Source: a virus | Taxonomy: Duplodnaviria; Caudoviricetes | Reading direction: 5' to 3' (one strand) | Length of the DNA: 64,000 nt | IMG/VR virus record: IMGVR_UViG_3300028410_000746 | Part shown: in pieces, positions 35,632 through 45,206 of the stretch | Position numbering within the stretch: the first letter of the stretch is position 1 | Layout of the letters: each line of letters begins with the position of its first letter | Notes under the pieces: model-generated | Seen by the model: the letters and a program-made list of their open reading frames with translations, nothing else | Database searches by the model: none | Told to the model about the DNA's origin: nothing | Position numbers and translations under genes: made by a program

Positions 35632-36216
35632 TTACCGGGAGTTGCGCCTCACGTGACGCCACACCTCGATCGCCGACTCCCCGAACATCTCACTGGGGGC
35701 GGGCACCTCCAGTCGAGTCTCATGGAGAATCCCATCCGAAATGTTGGAGCGGGCTTGCACCTGATGAGAGATGAGCCCGCCCACCTCCTCAACCGTGAGC
35801 TGATGCTTGCGCCCATCGTTGTAATAGAACCCCGCCGAGATGAAGTCCTCGACGCACTCATGACTCAAACACTCTCGGATGACGTTGGAGGCGCCGAGGG
35901 TAGGCATCACGACGTCCAGCGCGAAGAGCGAGATGATGCGAACCGGCTTCAGGAGGTGGATGACCTCGTGGACCTTCTTCATATCGGTGAAGTCCAGACA
36001 GACGGCATCTCCCTTGGGGTGTTGGTCCGTCGGCTTGTAGACACTCGGCTCGCTGACGAGGCTCCGCCCGATCTCACACTGGCCGGCTCCCAGATCCAAC
36101 ACGCACCCACATGCAGGAGGTCCGAGTTGGCGAAAGGCTCGCTGATGACGTGGCTGCGACGCCTTCGCCCACGTGGCATAATCGCTCCAGAACTTGTCGC
36201 TCGCATGGGACATCAC
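35632..36216 (-). CDS. Putative class I SAM-dependent methyltransferase
   Basis: VLDLGAG motif I and a LDF motif; substrate unknown. Confidence 0.55.
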   Translation of the reverse strand: MMSHASDKFWSDYATWAKASQPRHQRAFRQLGPPACGCVLDLGAGQCEIGRSLVSEPSVYKPTDQHPKGDAVCLDFTDMKKVHEVIHLLKPVRIISLFALDVVMPTLGASNVIRECLSHECVEDFISAGFYYNDGRKHQLTVEEVGGLISHQVQARSNISDGILHETRLEVPAPSEMFGESAIEVWRHVRRNSR

Positions 36217-36286
36217 GGACTCCCTTCGTTACCACCTCTGAAGTTCTATCCGTAAAGGGTAGTCCCTCCCGTACGGGGGCGTCAAG

Positions 36287-36943
36287 TCAGTTGAAGGAGA
36301 GGCTGACTCCGAACACGGAGATGAGGTCTCCAGTGCCGTACTCCACTGCCGCACCTCCCAGGAGGCCGAGATTCTTGGTGAGGTCTACCCCCAGGCTCAG
36401 GCCTCCTTGCTTGAGTCCCGAGTGCGCCTGTACGTGAAGCATGCGCCAGTAGAAGGGCTCGAAGGCCAGCACCGGGTCGAACATCTCTCCAAGCTCTCCG
36501 CCGAGGTTGCTTGGGAGCCACACGAAGCCTAGCTTGACGCGAAGGCGAAAGCCCCACTCCGGGGCCACCGGGGGCTTCTGTTTGGTGACCGCCACGTTGT
36601 TGTCCACGCTGAACTTGAGCTTCCAGCGGCACCACCTCAGCTCCCCCTCCAGCTTGTCGTCGGTCAAGACTTGGCCATCTCGCGTGATCACGACCCGCTG
36701 GTCCTTGAACTCCATGTCCAGGTCCCCGGACTGGGCCGAGTCGATCATGCAGTTGTGGTTCTCGGCCACTTCGGACAGCTCGGCCGCCTGCGCGTTCGTC
36801 AGACACTTGTACCCAATAGGACACTCCGCAGGCGGCCGCTCCAGGGTGCGCAGCTCTCGCTCCTGAGCGTATACATCCTCCGCGACCAGGACGGTGTTGA
36901 GAAGGACCAGGAGGGCGGTCAGGAGGACGTACGAGCGTTGCAT
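36287..36943 (-). CDS. Secreted envelope protein with C-terminal amphipathic beta-strands (outer-membrane-protein-like)
   Basis: Signal peptide ending VYA/QE; alternating strands ending ISVFGVSLSFN. Confidence 0.7.
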   Translation of the reverse strand: MQRSYVLLTALLVLLNTVLVAEDVYAQERELRTLERPPAECPIGYKCLTNAQAAELSEVAENHNCMIDSAQSGDLDMEFKDQRVVITRDGQVLTDDKLEGELRWCRWKLKFSVDNNVAVTKQKPPVAPEWGFRLRVKLGFVWLPSNLGGELGEMFDPVLAFEPFYWRMLHVQAHSGLKQGGLSLGVDLTKNLGLLGGAAVEYGTGDLISVFGVSLSFN

Positions 36944-36951
36944 GGGCTACC

Positions 36952-37491
36952 TCACTTGAGCGCGTCCAGAATGTCCTTGGATACGCGTTTGGGACCTTCG
37001 ACCACGGTGATCTCGACCTTGCCGGGCTTGGTCAGGATCACCGTGTCAACGTCCGTGTCTTTGACTCCAGTTGGAAGGCGCAGCTTCTTGGTGGAAGCCT
37101 CCCCTTCTTCGGTCTCGGGGACCGCGACCTCCAGGACGTTACGGTCCCGGAAGGGGTTGCGTCTGCGGTCGACTACGGTAACCTCTCGCTGTACGAATCC
37201 TTCGTCGTCAGGCTCGCCCACTTCGATCGGCTCGCCGTCTTTCTGCCGACCCTCAGGCACACGGTTCACCTGCACCTCAAGGCTGGGCACGTCTTCTGCC
37301 TCGTCCCGGCCAAAGAGCCACCCCAGTACGCCGCCCACGTTGAACGCATCACCCACCCCGAAGAGGAGGAGGACTACCGCCACGACCACGACCACGAGAG
37401 CAATCACGAGTGCCAGAGGGTAGCGCAGCGTATAGTTCCAGACCGTGAGGCCCCACCGCTTGATGCGGCTCCATGCGGTCTCATCACTCAT
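36952..37491 (-). CDS. Membrane-anchored protein (inner-membrane spanin-like position)
   Basis: Long N-terminal hydrophobic segment followed by a soluble domain; ATGA-coupled. Confidence 0.7.
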   Translation of the reverse strand: MSDETAWSRIKRWGLTVWNYTLRYPLALVIALVVVVVAVVLLLFGVGDAFNVGGVLGWLFGRDEAEDVPSLEVQVNRVPEGRQKDGEPIEVGEPDDEGFVQREVTVVDRRRNPFRDRNVLEVAVPETEEGEASTKKLRLPTGVKDTDVDTVILTKPGKVEITVVEGPKRVSKDILDALK

Positions 37492-37954
37492 GGTAGTCGT
37501 CCGTACGGTCGTCCACGAAGGGAGAGTCCACGAAGGTCACCTTGGGCGGCGAAGGACGGAGGACGTCCTCAGCGCGTGCGAGGCTAAAGGGCATCGTGGA
37601 GGCTGAGTCCGCCTGTGGAAGCGAGATCTGAGGTACCAGCGCAGCAGTGGGCGCAGCAGTGGGCGCCGCAGCGGGAGCTGCTGGACCAAAGATGGGCGTG
37701 GCCTGTGATCCACGGGCTCCCAGTCGACCTCGCATGATCTCGGCAAGAGGGCCCGAGAGCTTCTTGCCGAAGTTGTAGGCGAAGAGGACGAGCAGGATGT
37801 CGAACATCGTGTTCGGCACCGCCTTGGTGGCGGCCCAGAACCAGATGTGGGCTCCAAACACGACCCAGCACATGAGGCGGCCCATGCTCAACTCGTTATT
37901 CTCAATGAGGACGGCGCCCCACTTGACGGCTTTGATACGGTCCCACATGGTCAA
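37484..37954 (-). CDS. Holin-like two-TM membrane protein
   Basis: M-x-M start; LSMGRLMCWVVFG and DILLVLFAYNFGKK segments; Pro/Ala-rich tail. Confidence 0.6.
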   Translation of the reverse strand: MTMWDRIKAVKWGAVLIENNELSMGRLMCWVVFGAHIWFWAATKAVPNTMFDILLVLFAYNFGKKLSGPLAEIMRGRLGARGSQATPIFGPAAPAAAPTAAPTAALVPQISLPQADSASTMPFSLARAEDVLRPSPPKVTFVDSPFVDDRTDDYHE

Positions 37955-39120
37955 CTCTCCTCAGTATGATAGGGTAAGTGCAGGTGCAAGGTCGTACCCT
38001 CTCCAACGGTGCTCTCCGCGTCGATAGTACCACCTGCACTGCGCACAAAGTGATAAACGAAGTACAACCCCAGACCCGAGCCTGTATCCACGTCTCGCGT
38101 GGTGAAATACGGAGTGAAGACTTGCTTGAGCGTGTTGGCGTCCATGCCACACCCGTTGTCCGTAAAGCTCAGGACGATGCAGTTCGGGTGGTGGGGCTTG
38201 TTACACATGTGCGTAAGGATGCGTATGGACGCCTCCTCTTCCAGGCCCTTGGTGGCACGCATGGCGTTGTCGAACAGGTTGGTCAAGACTTGGGAGAATC
38301 GGGGCCCGGACATCTCAATGAGCTTGTCTTGAGCGAGGTCATTCTCCATCGAGAACACCCCCACATAGCGCTTGGTGGGCTCCACGAAGCTCATTGTCTG
38401 CACGTAGTTGTTGAGCGCATGTCCCAGATCAAGGAAAGCCCCCTGGGGAGCCGTCAGCTCACGCATGGGAGCGGTCATGTCGTTGAGGATCTGTGACATT
38501 CGCAGGAGCGCCGTCCGGGTGCCCTCAAGAGAGGTAGAGAGGTCGACGTCTTCGGACTCCGAGGAGATCTCCAGGAGGTCAAGGTATCCGCGAGCGGTAG
38601 CCAGAGGCGTCTTTAGCTCGTGGTTGAGACCGAAGAGCATGATCTGAAGCCTCTCCGCCCACTTGTGCTCCTCCTCTGCCAGGATCACGGCGTGTGTCGC
38701 CGCTACCTCGATGAATATGATCAGTGTCGCCCCAAACGCATCATGCCGATAGAAGCGTACGAGATGCTCATCGGAGCGTCCCTTGAGGTAGAGACCTTTA
38801 ATGAGCATCGGCTGGCGGAACTCCCCCAGGGCAAAGAGGGTGTCCAGGAGGGTATGGCAATCCTCCCGCACAAAGTCGTACAGGGAGCAGTACCCAAGCT
38901 CGTCCAGGGTGAGACCTACGTACTCCAGGGCCGGGGGGTTGGCGTGGAGGAGGTCTGCGTTGAAGTCGGTCTGGAAAATGACGGAGACGTTCTCATAGTA
39001 GCTGGCGAGACTTGCAACCACCTCCACGCCCTCGGAGAGATGACGATCCTCAGGCGGCCTTCGCCACATGCCTCGCCACTTCTTCCAGAAACGACCGAGC
39101 TGCGAAATGGTCTTTCTCAT
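37951..39120 (-). CDS. Soluble sensor histidine kinase (PAS-HisKA-HATPase)
   Basis: H-box NHELKTPL, N-box NLFDNA, G1 DNGCGM, F-box FTPYFTT, G2 GSGLGL; PAS-like ANPPALEYVG; no TM segment. Alternative start at 39069. Confidence 0.95.
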   Translation of the reverse strand: MRKTISQLGRFWKKWRGMWRRPPEDRHLSEGVEVVASLASYYENVSVIFQTDFNADLLHANPPALEYVGLTLDELGYCSLYDFVREDCHTLLDTLFALGEFRQPMLIKGLYLKGRSDEHLVRFYRHDAFGATLIIFIEVAATHAVILAEEEHKWAERLQIMLFGLNHELKTPLATARGYLDLLEISSESEDVDLSTSLEGTRTALLRMSQILNDMTAPMRELTAPQGAFLDLGHALNNYVQTMSFVEPTKRYVGVFSMENDLAQDKLIEMSGPRFSQVLTNLFDNAMRATKGLEEEASIRILTHMCNKPHHPNCIVLSFTDNGCGMDANTLKQVFTPYFTTRDVDTGSGLGLYFVYHFVRSAGGTIDAESTVGEGTTLHLHLPYHTEES

Positions 39121-39430
39121 AGATCCGCTCTCCCGTGGCCGAGGCGGCCCGATACTCAGGGCTTTGGGGGTGACACCCGGTCAAGAATATGACCGGGCAC
39201 GTATGGCCCTCTTCCCGTAGCCAATGGTAAAACTCCACTCCTCCAGTGCCGTTGATGATCAGATCAATGACCACGCAGTCCGGGTCGTTCCCCGCTTCGG
39301 AGAGGCTCTCCTTGGCCAGTCTGATGGCGTGCGCCTTCTCAGTGCACACCTCCACGTCGTAACGCAGGGAGAGGATGGACTTGAGCATGCTCGCCATCTC
39401 GGTATCGTCTTCGATTACCAGGACCTTCAT
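39050..39430 (-). CDS. Single-domain response regulator (CheY-like receiver)
   Basis: MKVLVIEDD, phospho-acceptor VVIDL, IFLTG and conserved K; no output domain. Confidence 0.93.
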   Translation of the reverse strand: MKVLVIEDDTEMASMLKSILSLRYDVEVCTEKAHAIRLAKESLSEAGNDPDCVVIDLIINGTGGVEFYHWLREEGHTCPVIFLTGCHPQSPEYRAASATGERIYEKDHFAARSFLEEVARHVAKAA

Positions 39431-39434
39431 AAGA

Positions 39435-39875
39435 TCACTTCTCTCTCTGGGGACCCTGCACAGGAAGTGCAGGCTCTTGGTCGTTAGTCTTGCTCTCCAC
39501 CTTCTGAGTCGCAGCGGCCGTCTGGAGGTCCACCGTCTTCATGAAGTAGGTCGTAAGGCTGCCGACCAGGAGCAGGATGATGGGCCATAACCACTTCATG
39601 GTCTTGATGGAGCCGTTGATCTGCTGCAAGGTCGCCGTGTTTGCCATGACGAGCTTGGTGATCTCCTTGCGGTCCTCAATGTCTTGCTCCAGGGTCTGCT
39701 CGACCGACTGGAGCTTGAGCGTCATCTGAGACTGGTTCTCGGAGACCTCCTCAAGACCGGACCCGAACGACTCAAAGCGCTTGAAGATCTGATCGTCACG
39801 TGTCTTACGGACGGACCTCTCCGCCGTAAGGCGCTCTTCGAGACGTGTGAGCCTCTCCCTTCCCTCTTCATTCAT
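39435..39875 (-). CDS. XhlA/holin-like coiled-coil membrane protein
   Basis: RLTRLEE start, coiled coil and one C-terminal TM (KWLWPIILLLVGSLTTYF). Confidence 0.65.
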   Translation of the reverse strand: MNEEGRERLTRLEERLTAERSVRKTRDDQIFKRFESFGSGLEEVSENQSQMTLKLQSVEQTLEQDIEDRKEITKLVMANTATLQQINGSIKTMKWLWPIILLLVGSLTTYFMKTVDLQTAAATQKVESKTNDQEPALPVQGPQREK

Positions 39876-40045
39876 TTGGGGCCCCCTTCGCGTCGCAACA
39901 GGGTGCGAGCTTGGTCGGTTTGGTGTCGGATCTCATCCGTCATACCTTCCTTGACTGCCCTCGTCTTCAAGTATACCAAACGACCTTTGGCCCATTCTAC
40001 TGCGCGAGTACCTCTCAAATCAGTGGCACGGAGCTTCCTTGACAT
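39872..40045 (-). CDS. Small basic protein (57 aa, MSRKLRATDLRG...REGGPK)
   Basis: Not in the ORF track. AAGGAGG RBS; its stop overlaps the next ATG (ATGA). Confidence 0.65.
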   Translation of the reverse strand: MSRKLRATDLRGTRAVEWAKGRLVYLKTRAVKEGMTDEIRHQTDQARTLLRREGGPK

Positions 40046-40075
40046 GGGGCCCTCCTTTACGGTACCCCCAAGATG

Positions 40076-43000
40076 TCAGGGGCAATCCGGGTCGATTCCC
40101 GGCGTCAGAGGATCACGAGTATCCGCGACCTCAATATCATCAGGCCGGGGGAGACGTCGCCCTCCCTGAACCAAGGGTCGACCCTCGATTCGGTACCGGT
40201 CGACGGCGTTGCTGCCCTCTCCCAGACCTGTCGGGTGGGTCTGTAGTACCAAATCCATAAACTCATTAGTGAGGGCCCCGGACGTGTCAAGCTCCTTGCC
40301 CAAACGCAGGCCCGTAGCGATCACGAGCTGAAGCTCGTCACCATAGCTGACCTGCCTCTCACTGGTCGTGACGCTCTGCTTCTGAACACGCACGAGCAGC
40401 GCAACCCCCAGGAGGGCTCCGCCGTGCATTGAGAGGTCCTCAGGGCGAGGCGAAGCGAGGTATCCAAGGTCCTTGGAGACGCGTGGGCCCGAGAGCGTCA
40501 TTGCGCCTCCAGGGTTACGACCACTGGCTACCGTCGCCGTGCCGCCACGGTAGGTGCGGTAGAGCAGGAAGTTCGGGTCGTACCCAGTAAGGGCTGCCGA
40601 GCCCGCCGCCGTACCATCCGAGAGCAGCAACGCTCCGTCAAGCCACGTCTTCGAGAGCGCGCGGTCGTAGCGGTAATCACCCGGCACGTCCAGAGATACG
40701 CCAGGAGTGAAGAAGCGCTCGGCAGATCGCCCGAGACCCTCTCCGAGGAAGTGTGCGTCCGAAGCGAGGATACCCAGGGGCAACCGCTCGGTAGCTCCCA
40801 GCATCTGCGCTCCCACGTAGCGGGCGATGGTCACTCCTCCAGCCGGAGCCGGGTGAGCACGAACCTTGGACGGGATCGGGGCGTCCGCAGCAGACGTGTA
40901 GGGGTAGGCGGCCAGCGAAAGGTAGCCCACGTCCGTGTAGCTTCCCGAGACCACCGGGCCCGAGAGCGCCCCGGTTCCCAGCGTCGTGACGAAGGGGAAA
41001 GAGGCTACGATCTCCACAACCCCAGGGTTCTCCACGCGCGCTTGAGATGGGTCCTCAAAGGGCTGCCCAAGCTGCGTGATCTGCGTGGGGTTCTCCGAGG
41101 TACGCTTGGGCACGTAGTCAAGCAGCTCCACGCTGCCCGTGTCCGTGGTCGAGATGGGCATGGTGCCGTAGATAGCTCCCTGGTAGGGGATACGCGTGGA
41201 GACGACCGAGATCTGGTCTCCCGCCTCGGCAGGTCCCGGTACGAAGAGCTGGTAGCTCCTGTCCGCTGTGCCTGCACCTGCCAAGCGATGCACGCGCGTG
41301 TAGTCCTGCGTCCAGTCGTCGAAGAAGAAGGCCGCGAACTCGAAGACGAGCGGGCTGTCCACCAGCTCTCCTCCCAGGTAGGACATGTCCAGGACGTCCT
41401 CCGGGATCACGAAGGTGTTGTTCTGCGTGATGATGAAGCTGCGGCGCTCTCCGTCCTCGCGCAAGAGGTTGTCACGCCCCACGCCCGAGTCCGTACGGAA
41501 CGGCGCTGCGGCCGTGTCCGAGAAGTTGGAGACGCCGGGGCTGTCCGTGTAGAAGTCCTCCTGCCTGTAGACGGCGAAGAGGCGCGCGATGCCGTAGTTG
41601 GCCGGGATCTCAATACCCCGCACTCCACCCGCATTGTAGTAGCGACACGCGAGCGCGTTGACACCACCAGGGCCTCCGCCCACGCCGGAGAGGTCGGGGT
41701 AGGTCCCGAAGTCTCCCAGGGTCAGGTTGAGCGGATCATAGACCGCCACGACCCGCTGCTGAATGAACGGGGCGTTGACCGACTGCGAGCCGGAGAGGAA
41801 CAGGTGGTTGATGCCGTACGCAGGAGCGGTCGATGTGGCCGTTCCTGCGGCGCGTGAGCGTACGAAGGGCACATCATGGCGTCCCAGTGCCCCTCGAAGC
41901 TCGCGAGGCACCAGAAGCGAATCTGAGCCCGGTGTGAGATTGAACAGGCCGGTCACGTCCGAGTAGCTGCGCGCCGAGGGGACCGGCTGTGGGTCCATGC
42001 GTGCCGAGATGTTACGCATCGGCTGGTAGATCAGCGTCTTCGAGCCGGGATCAACATAGGCCTCTCCCCATACCGTCTCGGGCGTCTCAGGCTCACGAAG
42101 CGAACGCACAGGAGTTTGAGCGTTGCGCAGGTGCGGGTACGACTCGCCGGGGAGCACGTTGGAGCGTCGAATGTTCGCGGTCGGGCTCGCTGCTTGGTTC
42201 GCGAACGTGTTCTCGCGCACGAAGAGTGACGGGGTGGCCGCGTCAAGGTCAACGTAGAGGCTGACCTCCGGAGAACGCGCCAGACCCTGGACCGGATGGT
42301 AGAGCAGGTCATGCGAGAGGTAGAGGGCCGAGTCGGTCGCGGCCGTACGGCCCGACGCCAGCGCGATGAACAGGCTGTCGTCAGTCTCCGAGCACTGCTC
42401 CAGGTAGAGACCCCAGGTACGGTTGGTCGTGCCGCCCGTATCAAAGCCGGGTGCTCCGCCGTCCGGGGTCTGAACCACAAGAGCACCTCCCGCCACGTGC
42501 CCTACGACCCGGAACGCGCCGTGGTTGAGGGGACGCGTCGAGGTAGGGTCAGTGCCGGGAGTGAGCAGCAAGAAGGCCCCCGCCTCCAGGATGGCGTCAA
42601 TGTCTGCGCTAAAGTCCAGGCTCACGTCTACCGTGCCCCCTGCCGGACCTTGAATCGACGTGGCCGAGTTGGCGAACGTGATCGCGGTCGTACCCGAAGA
42701 CGCGACCGAGAGGCCGTCAAGAGGCGTACCCAGGACCACGAAGTCTGGATCAACGTCGCCGCTGCTGGTCGAGTACGCGTCCCGACGATCAGGGTCCGCG
42801 CTATCCGGGTCCGTGTCCCCGTACCATACGCGCACGGGCGCGTGCGTGGTCCCGTCGTACTCGTAGGGATGGACGAATCGGACCTTCTGGTCGTTGACCG
42901 ACGCGAACGTGTTGCGGTACTGGTCCAGTGCGATGGCGACCACATCACGAGGGTTCCAGTTCTCGGCCGCCGCCGAATCCTGACGGAAGATGTCCACCGT

Positions 43001-44500
43001 CGGGTTGAAGGGGAGGTCCGAAGAGTTCTGAGTCGACCCGTTCGATCCCAGGACGACCAAGTTGTCCGGCTGGAGCACGCACGCATCCGAGAACACGCGA
43101 CGGAACCCGTCAGGAGCGTCCCCCTTGATCTGGAAATCAGGAGCGACGGCAGAGCCTCCGAGGTAGTCCACCTGGAAATGGCGCGTCCCCTTCACGCCTG
43201 CTGAGGAGCGCTTCCAGGTCGTCTGCATCTCTCCCTTGAGAACGCGGCCGAGGTTGTGCTTGAGGAGCCCGTCAAAGTCGACCGGGCCCATGCCCACGAC
43301 GTGTCGGAGATCGTGGATGTCGTCGGCCACGACCTGATCGCTGAACAGGCCCAGAGGGTGTCCAGTGACGTGGAGAATCTGTGCTCCGATGGCATGGTTC
43401 GTAGCCACGGTCCCACGGTCACCGCGCGTCGCCAGGGTCAGCGTGTTGCCTACATAAGACGTGTAGGCCATGACCTCGCCATCAACCTTGATCAGACCTC
43501 CGCCCGAGTTGAACGTCGTAGAGGACGCCACGGTGTCCACGCTCAAGGAGAGGTCAGTGGGTCCAACAGCTCCCGTCAGCGTGATCGTGGGGAGCACGCG
43601 CGCCTGAGTACGGTCACTGGCAGAGGGATTACGGTTGACCGCACCCGCCTGTGCCAGGGCTGACCAGTTCGCCGTCGAGCGGCGGAAGACGAAACACAGG
43701 GGGATGGCGTAGACGTAGCCGTCCACGGTGCCAAGGAGCCCGTTGCTTCCATCGCCATCACCCGCGCGCCAGAGGCCTGCATCGCCCAGCGTGTCACACT
43801 GGTTGGTGAACGTGTAGAGAGCGTTGGCCGAAGCCGTGGGCACGTCCAGCGTGCCTTGAGCTTTGATCTGCGCGTTGAAACCGAAGGGGTTGAGCGTCGG
43901 GTTCACGGCAGAGACAACACGCAAGCGGTACTGGATCTGTACGCGCTCCGTGGTCTCAATCCCGATGGCCGGGTCGAGGAAGTCCTGTACGGGGTTGGTG
44001 CCTCCGTACTCGACGTTGCCGTAACGCCAGACCGTATCCACGCCGGGCTTTGAGGCCGTGCCTGAGGGAGCGATCTGCGCCTTCCACACCTCCAGGAATA
44101 CGAAGTTGACGTCTGCGTCGGTGGTCGTGGCCTGAGGAGGCGGGAGCGTGATCGCGTTACGCGTGCCGACGTTCCCTGTCCCGATCACGGGAATCATCCA
44201 GCCGTTGACGTGGGCCCAGATGATGTCTCCGTCGTCCCCGGAGGTCTCCTTGCCCAGCCAGAACAGGTTCGAGGCCTGCGTGGACGTCTCGAAGTCGTCT
44301 GCGGCTCGGATAGGGTCCCCGATGAACCCGGAGGGGATGTTGGCCTTGATGAGCGCGCGGCGAGCCTCTTCGCTGATCTGAGAGAGCAGGTTCAGCTCCG
44401 AATCCAGCGGCGGCCGGTTCTTCTGAAAGACCGGCGAGAGGAAGTTGCGAGCCTGCGCGGTCAACGTGCGGGAGACGCCTTCTCCAAGAAAATCGGTCAT
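40076..44500 (-). CDS. Large tail/baseplate structural protein (DUF4815/DUF6519-like N-terminus)
   Basis: 1474 aa; N-terminal VFQKNRPPLDSELN; paralogous to 51555-54131. Confidence 0.75.
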   Translation of the reverse strand: MTDFLGEGVSRTLTAQARNFLSPVFQKNRPPLDSELNLLSQISEEARRALIKANIPSGFIGDPIRAADDFETSTQASNLFWLGKETSGDDGDIIWAHVNGWMIPVIGTGNVGTRNAITLPPPQATTTDADVNFVFLEVWKAQIAPSGTASKPGVDTVWRYGNVEYGGTNPVQDFLDPAIGIETTERVQIQYRLRVVSAVNPTLNPFGFNAQIKAQGTLDVPTASANALYTFTNQCDTLGDAGLWRAGDGDGSNGLLGTVDGYVYAIPLCFVFRRSTANWSALAQAGAVNRNPSASDRTQARVLPTITLTGAVGPTDLSLSVDTVASSTTFNSGGGLIKVDGEVMAYTSYVGNTLTLATRGDRGTVATNHAIGAQILHVTGHPLGLFSDQVVADDIHDLRHVVGMGPVDFDGLLKHNLGRVLKGEMQTTWKRSSAGVKGTRHFQVDYLGGSAVAPDFQIKGDAPDGFRRVFSDACVLQPDNLVVLGSNGSTQNSSDLPFNPTVDIFRQDSAAAENWNPRDVVAIALDQYRNTFASVNDQKVRFVHPYEYDGTTHAPVRVWYGDTDPDSADPDRRDAYSTSSGDVDPDFVVLGTPLDGLSVASSGTTAITFANSATSIQGPAGGTVDVSLDFSADIDAILEAGAFLLLTPGTDPTSTRPLNHGAFRVVGHVAGGALVVQTPDGGAPGFDTGGTTNRTWGLYLEQCSETDDSLFIALASGRTAATDSALYLSHDLLYHPVQGLARSPEVSLYVDLDAATPSLFVRENTFANQAASPTANIRRSNVLPGESYPHLRNAQTPVRSLREPETPETVWGEAYVDPGSKTLIYQPMRNISARMDPQPVPSARSYSDVTGLFNLTPGSDSLLVPRELRGALGRHDVPFVRSRAAGTATSTAPAYGINHLFLSGSQSVNAPFIQQRVVAVYDPLNLTLGDFGTYPDLSGVGGGPGGVNALACRYYNAGGVRGIEIPANYGIARLFAVYRQEDFYTDSPGVSNFSDTAAAPFRTDSGVGRDNLLREDGERRSFIITQNNTFVIPEDVLDMSYLGGELVDSPLVFEFAAFFFDDWTQDYTRVHRLAGAGTADRSYQLFVPGPAEAGDQISVVSTRIPYQGAIYGTMPISTTDTGSVELLDYVPKRTSENPTQITQLGQPFEDPSQARVENPGVVEIVASFPFVTTLGTGALSGPVVSGSYTDVGYLSLAAYPYTSAADAPIPSKVRAHPAPAGGVTIARYVGAQMLGATERLPLGILASDAHFLGEGLGRSAERFFTPGVSLDVPGDYRYDRALSKTWLDGALLLSDGTAAGSAALTGYDPNFLLYRTYRGGTATVASGRNPGGAMTLSGPRVSKDLGYLASPRPEDLSMHGGALLGVALLVRVQKQSVTTSERQVSYGDELQLVIATGLRLGKELDTSGALTNEFMDLVLQTHPTGLGEGSNAVDRYRIEGRPLVQGGRRLPRPDDIEVADTRDPLTPGIDPDCP

Positions 44501-44543
44501 GATCGGGTGCTCACTCTAGTGTGTAAGGGCCGTCGCCCCTACC

Positions 44544-45170
44544 TCAGTAGAGGAGGGCGAGCGACCCGATGTAATAGCGCTGGCCGGGCGTGCTGTTCTC
44601 AAAGCGTACTCGGAGCTGATTGCCGGACCCCGCGAGTAGCTCAGGGGTCAGGTGTGTCACCTGAGTATACGTCGCGCCATCATCATTGGATACAAAAACA
44701 TCAACAAGGTCTGGCTCGACTCGCTGATAGACCACCTCGGAGGTGCGCGTGCCCGTTCGCGTGAGCGTGTACAGATCCCAGTACACCGCGAAGTCCTCGA
44801 AGAGGCCGTCCGCCGAGACGTCAATCGTATCCGTCTGCAAGCGTCCGTTCTGCGCCCCTACTGGATCATAAGCCGCCAGGAATGCCCTGTAGACACCAAC
44901 ACCTCCCATGATGTCCGGGTCCGTGAGGTCCCAGACGCCGGCCGTATCCAGCTCATCGAAGAAGATGTTGGTGTAGCGAGGCGCGAGCGCCAGCAACGCC
45001 GCGAACTTCTGATCTCTCAGCTCATCGGAGTCAAAAGGGACCACCGACTCGTCGATAGAGAGGTCGTCCGGGACGTCAACCACACGAAAGCCCTGGACAG
45101 ATACGCCCGTGAGGCGGGAGTAGCTGGCCTTGATTTGAGAGGTCGCGCGGTCAAGCAGGTAGAACGGCAT
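44544..45170 (-). CDS. Virion structural protein
   Basis: Beta-rich ORF in the tail operon; VSNDDGATY motif. Confidence 0.65.
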   Translation of the reverse strand: MPFYLLDRATSQIKASYSRLTGVSVQGFRVVDVPDDLSIDESVVPFDSDELRDQKFAALLALAPRYTNIFFDELDTAGVWDLTDPDIMGGVGVYRAFLAAYDPVGAQNGRLQTDTIDVSADGLFEDFAVYWDLYTLTRTGTRTSEVVYQRVEPDLVDVFVSNDDGATYTQVTHLTPELLAGSGNQLRVRFENSTPGQRYYIGSLALLY

Positions 45171-45206
45171 GGCAATCACACCCTGTAGAAAGAGGAGAAG
45201 GAACGA

